The position numbers were made by a program, and so were the translations under genes. The notes below the pieces were generated by a model, which was not told the origin of the DNA, ran no database searches, and worked only from the letters and a program-made list of their open reading frames with translations. A stretch of DNA of 60,922 bases from Patescibacteria group bacterium (GTDB taxonomy: Bacteria; Patescibacteriota; Patescibacteriia; Buchananbacterales; UBA6539), in the NCBI GenBank assembly GCA_034003985.1, contig JAVEXP010000004.1, positions 1-60,922 on the forward strand. Reading direction: 5' to 3'. Below are positions 9,432 to 17,935 of the stretch, piece after piece (within the stretch, counting starts at the first letter, position 1; the number at the start of each line of letters is the position of its first letter).

Positions 9432-10007
9432 ATGTGGTTTAAAAAAAGACCGCTGTTCAATCAGCCGCTGAAAATCTTATTGCTTACCAATTCCATCATC
9501 TTGCTGGCCGGAGCGATGTTTGCGCCGATTTATGCCTTATTTGTTTCGGAAATCGGCGGCGACTTGCTTGATGCCAGCTACGCCGGCGGCATTTTTGCCC
9601 TGGCGGCCGGAATCACCACGCTCTTATCCGGCAAATACAGCGATCGCGTCAAAGAAAATGAACTTATCGTCGTAGCCGGTTATCTTATTATGGGAGTTGG
9701 TTTTTTGCTTTTGTCAATCTGTAATTCCGTCTGGTTCTTACTTGTAATCCAGGTACTAATCGGCCTGGGCGAAGCAATTTACTCCCCGGCCTTTGATGCC
9801 GTCTACTCCAAACATCTAGACAAAAAACAGGCCGGCAAGCAATGGGGTGCCTGGGAATCAATTAATTATTTTTCCCTGGCCGTCGGCGCGATTGTAGGCG
9901 GTGTAATCGTAACAACAACCAACTTTCAAGTTCTGTTTATTATTATGGCCATGATGTCATTTTTTAGCGCTATTTATATTTACCGCCTACCCAGGGAAGT
10001 TCTCTAA
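9432..10007 (+). CDS. Half-size (about 6 TM) MFS-like membrane protein
   Basis: 191 aa and hydrophobic throughout, with an MFS loop-2/3-like motif GKYSDRVKENE. There is no second six-helix half. Confidence 0.5.
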   Translation: MWFKKRPLFNQPLKILLLTNSIILLAGAMFAPIYALFVSEIGGDLLDASYAGGIFALAAGITTLLSGKYSDRVKENELIVVAGYLIMGVGFLLLSICNSVWFLLVIQVLIGLGEAIYSPAFDAVYSKHLDKKQAGKQWGAWESINYFSLAVGAIVGGVIVTTTNFQVLFIIMAMMSFFSAIYIYRLPREVL

Positions 10008-10033
10008 CTTCAACAATAAAAAAGGAGGTGGAT

Positions 10034-10216
10034 TCATGAACCCACCGCCAGTATTTCCTTGTCGGCTCCCGCCGTGTATTCCGGCGACGCCGAATCATTA
10101 TCGACGACATATGTCGATTCGCCAATCTTCCTCATGGCCAAACCAGACAAAGCCTGACCTATTGGAAGATAAAAAAGAACACCGACACTGATTCGACTGA
10201 ATGTCATTTTCTTCAT
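10034..10216 (-). CDS. Small putative secreted protein (60 aa), hypothetical
   Basis: A good SD (aaggag, 7 nt before the ATG at 10216) and a hydrophobic N-terminus. A minus-strand intrinsic terminator (ggtggg-ttcatgaa-tccacc followed by tcctttttt) overlaps the stop codon. I know of no homology. Confidence 0.35.
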   Translation of the reverse strand: MKKMTFSRISVGVLFYLPIGQALSGLAMRKIGESTYVVDNDSASPEYTAGADKEILAVGS

Positions 10217-10297
10217 TTGCTATCTCCTTGCAACAAAGAATTCTAATTGATTAAAAATCATACGCCCAATGGGAATATTTGTCAATCTTTCCCCGAC

Positions 10298-10325
10298 TTG
10301 ACAGATATTTAAACTCTGCTACAAT
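10298..10325 (+). promoter_or_regulatory. Sigma70-like promoter of the T-box leader
   Basis: TTGACA (10298-10303), a 16-nt spacer, then TACAAT (10320-10325). Confidence 0.55.
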
Positions 10326-10332
10326 AGTTTTA

Positions 10333-10617
10333 TCCTTAACAAAATTTAAAACCTTTGACGCGTGTCCCCGAAGCTTTAAGCCCCGGGGGTTGGGCACGCT
10401 GAGGTGGCTTTTGCTCCAGTGAAAGCCCGGGATTAGTCAGCCGTAACCATTGACTAACTGATGTCGGTCACTCTAAGTGACGACAGAGTCAGTAAAGTGA
10501 TTGAAGAAATCTGCCTACTGACGGTAGATTTTTTTGATAACAAGGGTGGCACCACGAAAACCTTTTCGTCCCTTGATCCCGATTTATCGGGACTAAGAGA
10601 GGAAAAGGTTTTTTTGT
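10333..10617 (+). promoter_or_regulatory. T-box riboswitch leader (transcription attenuation), probably tRNA-Trp specific
   Basis: The conserved T-box/antiterminator sequence AAGGGTGGCACCACG-N10-CGTCCC lies at 10542-10572. It is overlapped by a terminator (AAAACCTTTTC...GAAAAGGTTTT followed by a T-run, 10557-10616). A stem III-like hairpin lies at 10508-10531. A UGG triplet (10391-10393) sits in the 3' internal loop of the first hairpin. The bulge UGGC predicts a G73 discriminator base. Confidence 0.7.
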
Positions 10618-10658
10618 TAGAAACACCCAAACGCTCTTTCAAGGGCAAGGAGGGAACC

Positions 10659-11315
10659 ATGGGATTCGGAACAACTGGCAATTCCTACCATCAAAACCCA
10701 ACTGCGCTCGCCGTCCCAATCAACCGTGAAGGCATTGCCGTGATTATCGATAACTTCGATAGCTTCACTTACAATGTCGTCCAACTATTGGGCATGTGTG
10801 GTGCAAAAAGCGTCGCAGTGAGACGAAACAATGTTGACCTAGCCGAAATTACCGACCTGGCACCGACTTGGCTGGTAATCTCGCCGGGACCAGGAAGTCC
10901 GCCTCACGACACCGGTGTGACTATCGAAGCGATTCAACACTACGCCGGCCAAATCCCGATTCTGGGAATATGTCTAGGGCACCAGGCAATCGGCCACATG
11001 TTCGGCGGCCAAATCGTCCGGGCCAAAAAAGTGATGCATGGGAAAACCTCACAGATTTCCCACAACGGCCAGGGAATTTTTGCCGGCATCCCTAACGCCT
11101 TTACGGCCGCGAGATATCATTCTTTGGTAATTGATTGTGATTCGTTACCAGATTGTCTGGAAGCCACGGCCGCCAGCGATGACGGCGAAATCATGGCTGT
11201 CTGCCACCGTTCAGTTCCAGCCTTACACGGCATTCAGTTCCACCCGGAATCAATCATCACCGAACACGGCAAAGATCTCATGAACAATTTCCTGGACCTT
11301 CGAGTCTCGGGATAA
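10659..11315 (+). CDS. Class-I glutamine amidotransferase of the TrpG/PabA type (anthranilate/aminodeoxychorismate synthase component II)
   Basis: SD aaggaggg lies upstream of ATG 10659. Motifs IIDNFDSFTYN, ISPGPGSP, GICLGHQ (catalytic Cys) and IQFHPES are present. The ORF-track start at 10461 lies inside the T-box leader, so I moved the start. The gene is GC-rich. Confidence 0.85.
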   Translation: MGFGTTGNSYHQNPTALAVPINREGIAVIIDNFDSFTYNVVQLLGMCGAKSVAVRRNNVDLAEITDLAPTWLVISPGPGSPPHDTGVTIEAIQHYAGQIPILGICLGHQAIGHMFGGQIVRAKKVMHGKTSQISHNGQGIFAGIPNAFTAARYHSLVIDCDSLPDCLEATAASDDGEIMAVCHRSVPALHGIQFHPESIITEHGKDLMNNFLDLRVSG

Positions 11316-11343
11316 AGGCAATCCGGCCTAACAGCGTCCAGCC

Positions 11344-11396
11344 GGGGAGCAAAGGAGGATTTTGAACTTACCTTCATTTGCTCCCCCCATTTTTTA
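11344..11396 (+). terminator. Intrinsic terminator after the amidotransferase gene
   Basis: GGGGAGCAAA-N23-TTTGCTCCCC followed by CCATTTTTTAT. Confidence 0.6.
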
Positions 11397-11532
11397 TCTT
11401 TACTCCGTTAAGAAACAACTAACCAAAAACCCGCAAATCTTTAAAATTATACCAGCGTTAACCAACTATCTTTATCCGACTGATTCACTAATGGGGTTTA
11501 CACCAAGTCATAAAAAGATTAAAATAATTACT

Positions 11533-12504
11533 ATGAAAGATATAATTTTATCCGGCATTCGGCCGACTGGAAAACTGCATATCGGCAACTACCTAGGGGC
11601 CTTAAAAAACTTCATTGAATTGCAAAATCAATACGAATGCTATTTTTTTATTGCCGATCTTCATTCGCTTAATGAACAATTTGATCCCAAAGTTAAACGC
11701 CAGCAAACTATTGATTTAGCCAAAGATTTCTTGGCAGCCGGTCTTAATCCCAAAAAATGCACAATTTTTGTCCAATCCCAAATGCCCCAGCACAGCGAAC
11801 TGGCCGTTATTTTATCTAATGTTATCCCGGTATCGTTTTTATTTCGCATGACTCAATACAAAGATAAATCCGCCGACCGCAGCGCCGAAAATGTCAATGC
11901 CGGACTGCTCTACTATCCGGTTTTAATGGCAGCTGATATCTTGATGTATAAACCGACTAAAATTCCTGTCGGCCAAGATCAAACCCAGCATGTCGAGCTG
12001 GCCCGTGATGCGGCCAAGTTTTTCAACAAAAAATTCGGCAATACTTTTCCTGAACCCCAGCCGCTATATACTGAGGTACCAAAAATTATGAGTCTCTTGG
12101 AACCCGACAAAAAAATGGCCAAAAGTCTTGGTGACAAACATTGTATCTATCTTGATGATGAACCAGAGGTTATCAATAAAAAAATTGCTAAAGCAGTCAC
12201 TGATACCGGCGACGGCAAGGGCCAAGGCGCTAAAAATCTACTTGGTTTGATAAAAATTTTTAGCTCACCTCAAATCTATCAGCAATTTCAAACAGCCAGC
12301 AAAGCAAATACTCTACAATATGCCGAGGTTAAAAACCAACTAGCCATCGACATTGCTGCTTATTTTGCAGAGTTTCGTAACACTAAAAAAACTATTAATG
12401 ACCAAACGGTCTTAGATATTTTCGAACAGGGAGCTGCCAAGGCTCGGCTACTGGCCGACCAAACCATGGTGGAGATCCGAAAAAAAGTTGGATTAATTCA
12501 ATGA
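11533..12504 (+). CDS. trpS: Tryptophanyl-tRNA synthetase
   Basis: PTGKLHIGNY (the HIGH motif) and KMAKS (the KMSKS motif) are present. I placed the start at MKDIILSG; the N-terminal extension from 11362 in the ORF track overlaps the upstream terminator. Confidence 0.9.
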   Translation: MKDIILSGIRPTGKLHIGNYLGALKNFIELQNQYECYFFIADLHSLNEQFDPKVKRQQTIDLAKDFLAAGLNPKKCTIFVQSQMPQHSELAVILSNVIPVSFLFRMTQYKDKSADRSAENVNAGLLYYPVLMAADILMYKPTKIPVGQDQTQHVELARDAAKFFNKKFGNTFPEPQPLYTEVPKIMSLLEPDKKMAKSLGDKHCIYLDDEPEVINKKIAKAVTDTGDGKGQGAKNLLGLIKIFSSPQIYQQFQTASKANTLQYAEVKNQLAIDIAAYFAEFRNTKKTINDQTVLDIFEQGAAKARLLADQTMVEIRKKVGLIQ

Positions 12505-13055
12505 TTCTAACTGCTGTTTATCTTGGTTGTCTGGTAATTATTGTCATTGGTTTTTTGACCGCCATCTTGATTACTCTCAGTGCTGCGACAATTCTGATTG
12601 TCCAGGTACCTTTCGTGCCGACTCCCAAAAAAAATGTTAAAATTATAATTGACCAACTGAATTTAAAACCCGGCCAAATATTCTACGACCTGGGTTGCGG
12701 CGACGGCCGTTTTTTGATTGCCACCGCCCAAGCCGGCGCCAGCGCCATTGGCTTTGAAGTTTCCCCTTTCGCTTATGTCAAAGCTAAATTAAATATTTGG
12801 TTAAACCGCAGTTCCGCTAAAATCTTTTACCAAAATTTTTACCGCCAAAATATCAGTAATGCCGATGCTGTATTCTGTTTTCTGATGGATGTGGTTATGC
12901 CAAAAGTAGAAAAAAAGTTATTAACCGAACTTAAACCGGGAGCCAAAGTTGTCTGCTACGGTTTCAAATTGCCAAACTGGCAACCGTCCAAAATTATTGA
13001 CCTTAATCCAGCCAACAAAAAATCAAGCAATATTTATTTATACCTGAAAAAATAA
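12501..13055 (+). CDS. Class I SAM-dependent methyltransferase with an N-terminal TM helix
   Basis: 184 aa with motif I YDLGCGDGRF. Its start overlaps the trpS stop codon (ATGA). Confidence 0.7.
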   Translation: MILTAVYLGCLVIIVIGFLTAILITLSAATILIVQVPFVPTPKKNVKIIIDQLNLKPGQIFYDLGCGDGRFLIATAQAGASAIGFEVSPFAYVKAKLNIWLNRSSAKIFYQNFYRQNISNADAVFCFLMDVVMPKVEKKLLTELKPGAKVVCYGFKLPNWQPSKIIDLNPANKKSSNIYLYLKK

Positions 13056-13076
13056 TTAATAATTAATTGGATAATT

Positions 13077-14327
13077 ATGGCCAAAGCATTTACCAACGCC
13101 ATGACCCAGCTTTCCCAGGCAGATAAAATCGCCAAATTCGGGAAAGCTATTGACCAGCTCAAACAGCCTAAAAAAATTCTTAGCGCCCAACTAAAAATCA
13201 AGCTGGATAACGGCCAAACCAAAGCATTCAAAGCCTTCCGGGTCCAACACAACGACAACCGCGGGCCTTTCAAAGGTGGCATCCGCTTCCATCCCCAAGT
13301 CAGCCTTGATGAAGTCAAAGCCTTGTCTTTTTGGATGACGATCAAAACCGCCACTGTCGGCATTCCAATGGGCGGCGGCAAAGGTGGCATAATTGTTGAC
13401 CCCAAGGCCTTAAGTCAAGCCGAACTGGAACGCCTTTCCCGAGCGTATATTAAAGCATTCTACAAAAATCTCGGGCCCAAGATTGATGTTCCTGCTCCTG
13501 ATGTTAATACTAATTCGCAAATCATGGATTGGATGGCTGATGAATATTCAAAATTAACAGGCCAACCCCAGCCAGCCGTCATCACCGGCAAATCAATTAA
13601 AGCTGGGGGCTCGCTGGGTCGCGATACTGCTACGGCCGACGGTGGATTCTTTATTCTCTCTGACCTGATTAAACAGCTTAAAATAAATCCTAAAAAAACC
13701 CGAGTCGCCATTCAAGGCTTTGGCAACGCTGGTGCCAATATGGCCAAGTTAGTTTATAAAGCTGGCTTTATTATCGTTGGCCTGTCAGATTCTAAAACCG
13801 CTATTGTCACAACTGATAAAAAAGGTTTCCGCTTCTCCACGGTTAAAAAGCTTAAAGAAAAAAATGGAATAATCGATGGCTGTGATGAGATGACAGAAAA
13901 AAATGGTACTTGTCTGGAGCACCAGCACCTTTCGCCGGAAAAAATTATCGAAACTGATTGCGACATTCTAATCCTGGCTGCCCTCGAAAACCAAGTGACT
14001 ACCCAAAATGCCGATCAAGTAAAAGCCAAAATAATCCTGGAGTTAGCCAACGGCCCGACCACTCCCCAAGCCGAAACCAAACTCTTAAAACGAAGCATTA
14101 TCATCATCCCCGATGTCTTAGCCAATGCCGGCGGCGTAACCGTCTCTTACTTTGAATGGCTGCAAAACATCAAAGGCCAAAAGTGGAGCCGCGCCCAAGT
14201 CCGCCAGAAACTTCAGCCAATCATGATCAAATCATTTCATCGCATACAAAAAATTGCCAAACAATACCAAATTGATTTGCGAACAGCGGCTTTCATTTCC
14301 GCCATTAAATTAATCATCAAAAAATAA
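13077..14327 (+). CDS. gdhA: Glutamate dehydrogenase (Glu/Leu/Phe/Val dehydrogenase family)
   Basis: 416 aa with FKGGIRFHP, GIPMGGGKGG and the dinucleotide-binding motif QGFGNAG. Confidence 0.9.
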   Translation: MAKAFTNAMTQLSQADKIAKFGKAIDQLKQPKKILSAQLKIKLDNGQTKAFKAFRVQHNDNRGPFKGGIRFHPQVSLDEVKALSFWMTIKTATVGIPMGGGKGGIIVDPKALSQAELERLSRAYIKAFYKNLGPKIDVPAPDVNTNSQIMDWMADEYSKLTGQPQPAVITGKSIKAGGSLGRDTATADGGFFILSDLIKQLKINPKKTRVAIQGFGNAGANMAKLVYKAGFIIVGLSDSKTAIVTTDKKGFRFSTVKKLKEKNGIIDGCDEMTEKNGTCLEHQHLSPEKIIETDCDILILAALENQVTTQNADQVKAKIILELANGPTTPQAETKLLKRSIIIIPDVLANAGGVTVSYFEWLQNIKGQKWSRAQVRQKLQPIMIKSFHRIQKIAKQYQIDLRTAAFISAIKLIIKK

Positions 14328-14338
14328 ATACTACTGAA

Positions 14339-14369
14339 AGCGCTCCGGCTACAGCCGGAGCGCTTTTTT
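14339..14369 (+). terminator. Intrinsic terminator after gdhA
   Basis: An 11-bp stem AGCGCTCCGGC / GCCGGAGCGCT with loop TACA, followed by TTTTTT. Confidence 0.7.
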
Positions 14370-14388
14370 AAACTAACAACTAATAATT

Positions 14389-15945
14389 TTATTCTAAACT
14401 GCCAACCTCAATCTTACTCAAATTATCATTAATAATTCCCAACGATAAAAATTTCATTATTTGATAAGCTCTGTTTCCATCTTTTAAATAATATCTTTTA
14501 CCATCAGCCGGATTAACATACCAAGCTTGCCCCGCTGATTGGACTTGTAATAAAATCTTTCCAGCCAATCTATTTACCAAATTAGCATCAATCTTATTTT
14601 TTACTTTTGCTGTATTTAATGGATTGTAATTATTTTTTATTTCCTCGGCATCAGTATAGCCATCACCATCAGAATCAGCTTTATCAGAATCTGTGCCTAA
14701 TACTTTTTCCAATTCGTCACTTAGACTATCACCATCAGAGTCAGTAATCTCTATCCTGCTATCAACCCCTACCGGAATCTTTGCCAAATCTTGATTAGTA
14801 ATACCCAAACCAAAAGCATTCAAAACTAAATAAGCCGACTGACCATTTTTTAGATAAAACCTCTTGCCGCTGTCCGGTTCGACATACCAGGTTTGGCCAT
14901 TATTTTCGACTTGCAACAGAATTCTACCCCGTAACCGATTTACTAAATCAGAATCTACGCCCGTAAAATTCGCTTGCTCCTCGCTCACAACCTGATGTTC
15001 CTGCTCCGAGACTTGATACCCAAAACGCTGGGCTACGCCCGAAGAAAAATTTTGATCTGTCCTAACTTCTTGTTCTGACTGTTGCGTCGTTACATCATCC
15101 ACTACTTCTTCATCATTTTTTTCAGTTGGCACGACCGCCGGATAAGTACAGCTACCATCATCTTCGGTAGCTTTGGAATTATAATTTTGCGCCTGATGGT
15201 CAATACATCCCGGAACGACAATTTTTTCAACAATCTTACAAGCGCCATTGCTGCAACCCTGCGAGCATTCCCGCTCAACATAATCAACTAAATCGCTATT
15301 ATCACAATAATATTCCGTTAAAGTGCCGCCGTTACAACTATCAGTTTTTCTCAGATGTTCTCCTTTATTATTATAGCCATCAATTGAACCCTTGGTATAT
15401 AAATCTCTACCGTTGTCAGAATCGGCGCATGCCACTCCACAGCGACCAGCATGGTCCAAATCAACTTTGGCTTTCTGGCGCAAACAATTATTATTATAAG
15501 TTTTTCCATCACACCCGCAGCTTGGATCATAGATTGTTGAGCAATTAACTGGAATGGTTACACAAGAACCTTTTTCCGCGCCACAGGAACTAAATTCGCA
15601 GAACTCACCACTCAAACAATCGCTGTCCGACCAGCAGCCGCTGCCATATATACAACGGCCATCTCGGCATTCGTTGGGACAAGTGTAACTCTTGTTGGTT
15701 ACTTGATCACCGTTGCAATAATACTCCGTTAACATATTGCCCGAGCATGAATCAATTATTGTGCTACAACTTTCTTGTTCACCAGCAGTCTCACAAACTT
15801 CAATAACCCCTTTTTTATAATAATAATTGCCCCCTTCAGAATCAGTGCAGGATTGGCCCTCCGCCAAAACTAAATCAAAAATCCCGACTAAAAAACCAGT
15901 CGAGATTAACACCGTTAATATAAAAAACAAAAAGAATCTTTTCAT
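14389..15945 (-). CDS. Secreted Cys-rich multidomain protein: two Cys-rich modules, a Kazal-like module, thrombospondin type-3 repeats and two copies of a roughly 60-aa C-terminal module
   Basis: 518 aa with an N-terminal signal/TM. CSTIYDPSCGCDGKTYNNNCLRQKAKVDLDHAGRC (aa ~135-169) fits the Kazal pattern. The Ca-binding TSP3-like repeats are DSDGDSLSDELE and DSDGDGYTDAEE. The C-terminal duplicate modules are GRILLQVENNGQTWYVEP...KRFYL and GKILLQVQSAGQAWYVNP...KRYYL. Confidence 0.6.
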   Translation of the reverse strand: MKRFFLFFILTVLISTGFLVGIFDLVLAEGQSCTDSEGGNYYYKKGVIEVCETAGEQESCSTIIDSCSGNMLTEYYCNGDQVTNKSYTCPNECRDGRCIYGSGCWSDSDCLSGEFCEFSSCGAEKGSCVTIPVNCSTIYDPSCGCDGKTYNNNCLRQKAKVDLDHAGRCGVACADSDNGRDLYTKGSIDGYNNKGEHLRKTDSCNGGTLTEYYCDNSDLVDYVERECSQGCSNGACKIVEKIVVPGCIDHQAQNYNSKATEDDGSCTYPAVVPTEKNDEEVVDDVTTQQSEQEVRTDQNFSSGVAQRFGYQVSEQEHQVVSEEQANFTGVDSDLVNRLRGRILLQVENNGQTWYVEPDSGKRFYLKNGQSAYLVLNAFGLGITNQDLAKIPVGVDSRIEITDSDGDSLSDELEKVLGTDSDKADSDGDGYTDAEEIKNNYNPLNTAKVKNKIDANLVNRLAGKILLQVQSAGQAWYVNPADGKRYYLKDGNRAYQIMKFLSLGIINDNLSKIEVGSLE

Positions 15946-15971
15946 TGTTTTTTATTATGACTAATCAAGGA

Positions 15972-16328
15972 TTAATGTTCCTGATCAGCTCGGCCCAACT
16001 CGCGATATCGGTTTTGACCGTCCTGCTGATCGGTTCCAATCGCGCGCAATTTGATTCCTTCAGCCTGGCACAGCTCGGCCACCTTACGGCGCAAACCTCC
16101 GGCGCTGGGAATGGCGTTAATGGCCGCTTGTTCTGTTCGAATATCCAAGATCACGCTTTTTAACCAATCGGCCGGAAAAACTTCACGGCTACCCTGAACT
16201 GAGCCCGCCTGGTCAATTAGCTCGTCAAGGTTTTGCCAATCTTTGGCCAAGCTGAAGTCCGGAATTGGCCGTTCGGTTTCAGCCTGCCCCTGACTATCGG
16301 GGGTAAAACCTGTTTCTTGTTCACTCAT
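15972..16328 (-). CDS. Hypothetical protein (118 aa), GC-rich orphan
   Basis: An ORF from ATG 16328, 5 nt after the murI stop codon. It is acidic and hydrophilic, and I know of no homology. Its G+C is visibly higher than both neighbours. Confidence 0.4.
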   Translation of the reverse strand: MSEQETGFTPDSQGQAETERPIPDFSLAKDWQNLDELIDQAGSVQGSREVFPADWLKSVILDIRTEQAAINAIPSAGGLRRKVAELCQAEGIKLRAIGTDQQDGQNRYRELGRADQEH

Positions 16329-16333
16329 AATGA

Positions 16334-17140
16334 TTAATTTAAATCTATTTTTTCCAAATTGATTTTTTGCCCCAACCAATTTTCGGCGTTGGTTTTAAAC
16401 TGACTTGTCAAATCCGTAACCAAAAATCGGTGGCAATCATCCTTAGCCAGTTTAGTTTCAATTTCCGGATGTCTTGATAAATAATCCTTTAAACTCAAAG
16501 CCACAATTTTTGGCGTATCCAAAACAATAATTTTTTTGCCGCAAATATTTTTAATCCGCTTAGACAAAATCGGATAATGGGTACAACCCAAAATCAAAGT
16601 TTGAATTTTCCGATTTTTCAATCCCCTCAAATAACCGCGTAGAATCTTGGCTGTTTCCGGCCGGTTCTGCCAGCCCTCCTCAATTAACGGCACTAGCAAT
16701 GGCGCGGCCTGAGAAAAAACTTTAATCTCCGGATTAATCTGCTTCAGTTCCCGATCGTACGCACCGGACTTAACCGTGCTACTGGTGGCGATTATTCCCA
16801 CTCTGCTCAACCCCGGCAGTTTGCCGACTTCTTGGGCAATTGGCCTGATGACACCCAGCACCCGGTGATCCGGATAATTTTTTGGCAGCCACTCCTGTTG
16901 GATTTTTCTAAGTGCCTCGGCTGAAGCGGTATTGCAAGCAATAATCACCAGCTTGCAGCCGGCTTGAAATAAATATTCAACTGCCTGCCTGGTAAAACGG
17001 TAAATCAAATCCTGGGACCGATTGCCATAGGGCATTCGAGCCGTATCTCCCAAATACATTAGCCGATATTCGGGCAGCTCTTTTAAAATCTGCTTGACGA
17101 CAGTCAAACCGCCGATCCCCGAATCAAAAACACCAATCAT
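16334..17140 (-). CDS. murI: Glutamate racemase
   Basis: The IGVFDSGIGGLTV N-terminus plus the conserved CNTAS and GCTHYP Cys motifs. I took the start at MIGVFDSG. The ORF-track start at 17185 would overlap the upstream gene. Confidence 0.85.
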   Translation of the reverse strand: MIGVFDSGIGGLTVVKQILKELPEYRLMYLGDTARMPYGNRSQDLIYRFTRQAVEYLFQAGCKLVIIACNTASAEALRKIQQEWLPKNYPDHRVLGVIRPIAQEVGKLPGLSRVGIIATSSTVKSGAYDRELKQINPEIKVFSQAAPLLVPLIEEGWQNRPETAKILRGYLRGLKNRKIQTLILGCTHYPILSKRIKNICGKKIIVLDTPKIVALSLKDYLSRHPEIETKLAKDDCHRFLVTDLTSQFKTNAENWLGQKINLEKIDLN

Positions 17141-17156
17141 AAGATATTTTTCCGCT

Positions 17157-17909
17157 TTACTTTTTACTGTTGTTAAACGACTCAAAAGCCCGCAGTATTT
17201 CCAAGGGTACCGCGAATACTACCGTATTGGATTGATCAGACGAAATATCATTAATTGATTGCAAAGTTCTCAAATGCAAAGCGCCGGTTGAAGCCGCCAA
17301 AGTGGCTGCGGCCTTAGCCATGTTCTCGGCGGCAATCACTTCACCTTCGGCTTTAATGATAACCGCCCGGCGTTCGCGCTCGGCCTCGGCTTGCTTGGCA
17401 ATCGTCCGCTTCATTTCTTCGGGTAAAGTAATATCCTTTAATTCAACATTGATAACTTTGATTCCCCAGGGATCGGAAGCTTCATCAACAATTTTTTGAA
17501 TTCGGCTGGAAATTTGATCACGGTTGGCCAATAATTCATCCAAAGTCACTTCACCGGTGGTATTGCGCATTGTCGTCTGAGCCAACTGAGAAATGGCATA
17601 ACGAAAATCCTCAACTTCAATAATTGCTTTGGCGGCATCCGAAACTTTGTAATAAATAACGGCGTTGATTTTGACCGAAATGTTATCTTTGGTAATTGCT
17701 TCCTGGTCGGGAACATCAACGGCCTTAACTCTGATGTCAACCTTACTCATTGATTGGATGACCGGCAAAATTAACCGCCAGCCCGGTTCTTTGGTAGACA
17801 AATATCGGCCCAGCATAAACTTAACACCGCGCTCGTACTGATTTACCTGCCGGATGGAAATCAGCAGCAAGAAAGCGACGACGATTAAAACGGGAATTAA
17901 CCAAGACAT
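17157..17909 (-). CDS. SPFH/Band-7 (stomatin/prohibitin-like) membrane protein
   Basis: 250 aa with an N-terminal TM, an SPFH core (YERGVKFMLGRY...) and an EAERERRA coiled region. Confidence 0.85.
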   Translation of the reverse strand: MSWLIPVLIVVAFLLLISIRQVNQYERGVKFMLGRYLSTKEPGWRLILPVIQSMSKVDIRVKAVDVPDQEAITKDNISVKINAVIYYKVSDAAKAIIEVEDFRYAISQLAQTTMRNTTGEVTLDELLANRDQISSRIQKIVDEASDPWGIKVINVELKDITLPEEMKRTIAKQAEAERERRAVIIKAEGEVIAAENMAKAAATLAASTGALHLRTLQSINDISSDQSNTVVFAVPLEILRAFESFNNSKK

Positions 17910-17935
17910 AATTTTTTAAATTAATTAATTAGTAA

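Noticed and set aside
10461-10658. An N-terminal 66-codon extension of the amidotransferase ORF, and the antisense ORF 10454..10681.
   Set aside because: The region is the T-box leader, containing stem III, the T-box sequence and the terminator. The real start at 10659 has a strong SD.
11362-11532. An N-terminal extension of trpS from an alternative start at 11362.
   Set aside because: It overlaps the terminator of the upstream gene, is not TrpRS-like, and the conserved N-terminus begins at MKDIILSGIRPTG.
13034-14155. Antisense or out-of-frame ORFs inside gdhA. Comparable nested ORFs occur inside rnj, rpoB, rpoC, ftsK, ileS, argS, glyA, folD and the Mur ligase gene.
   Set aside because: All are embedded in strongly supported conserved genes and have low-complexity or shadow-frame composition.
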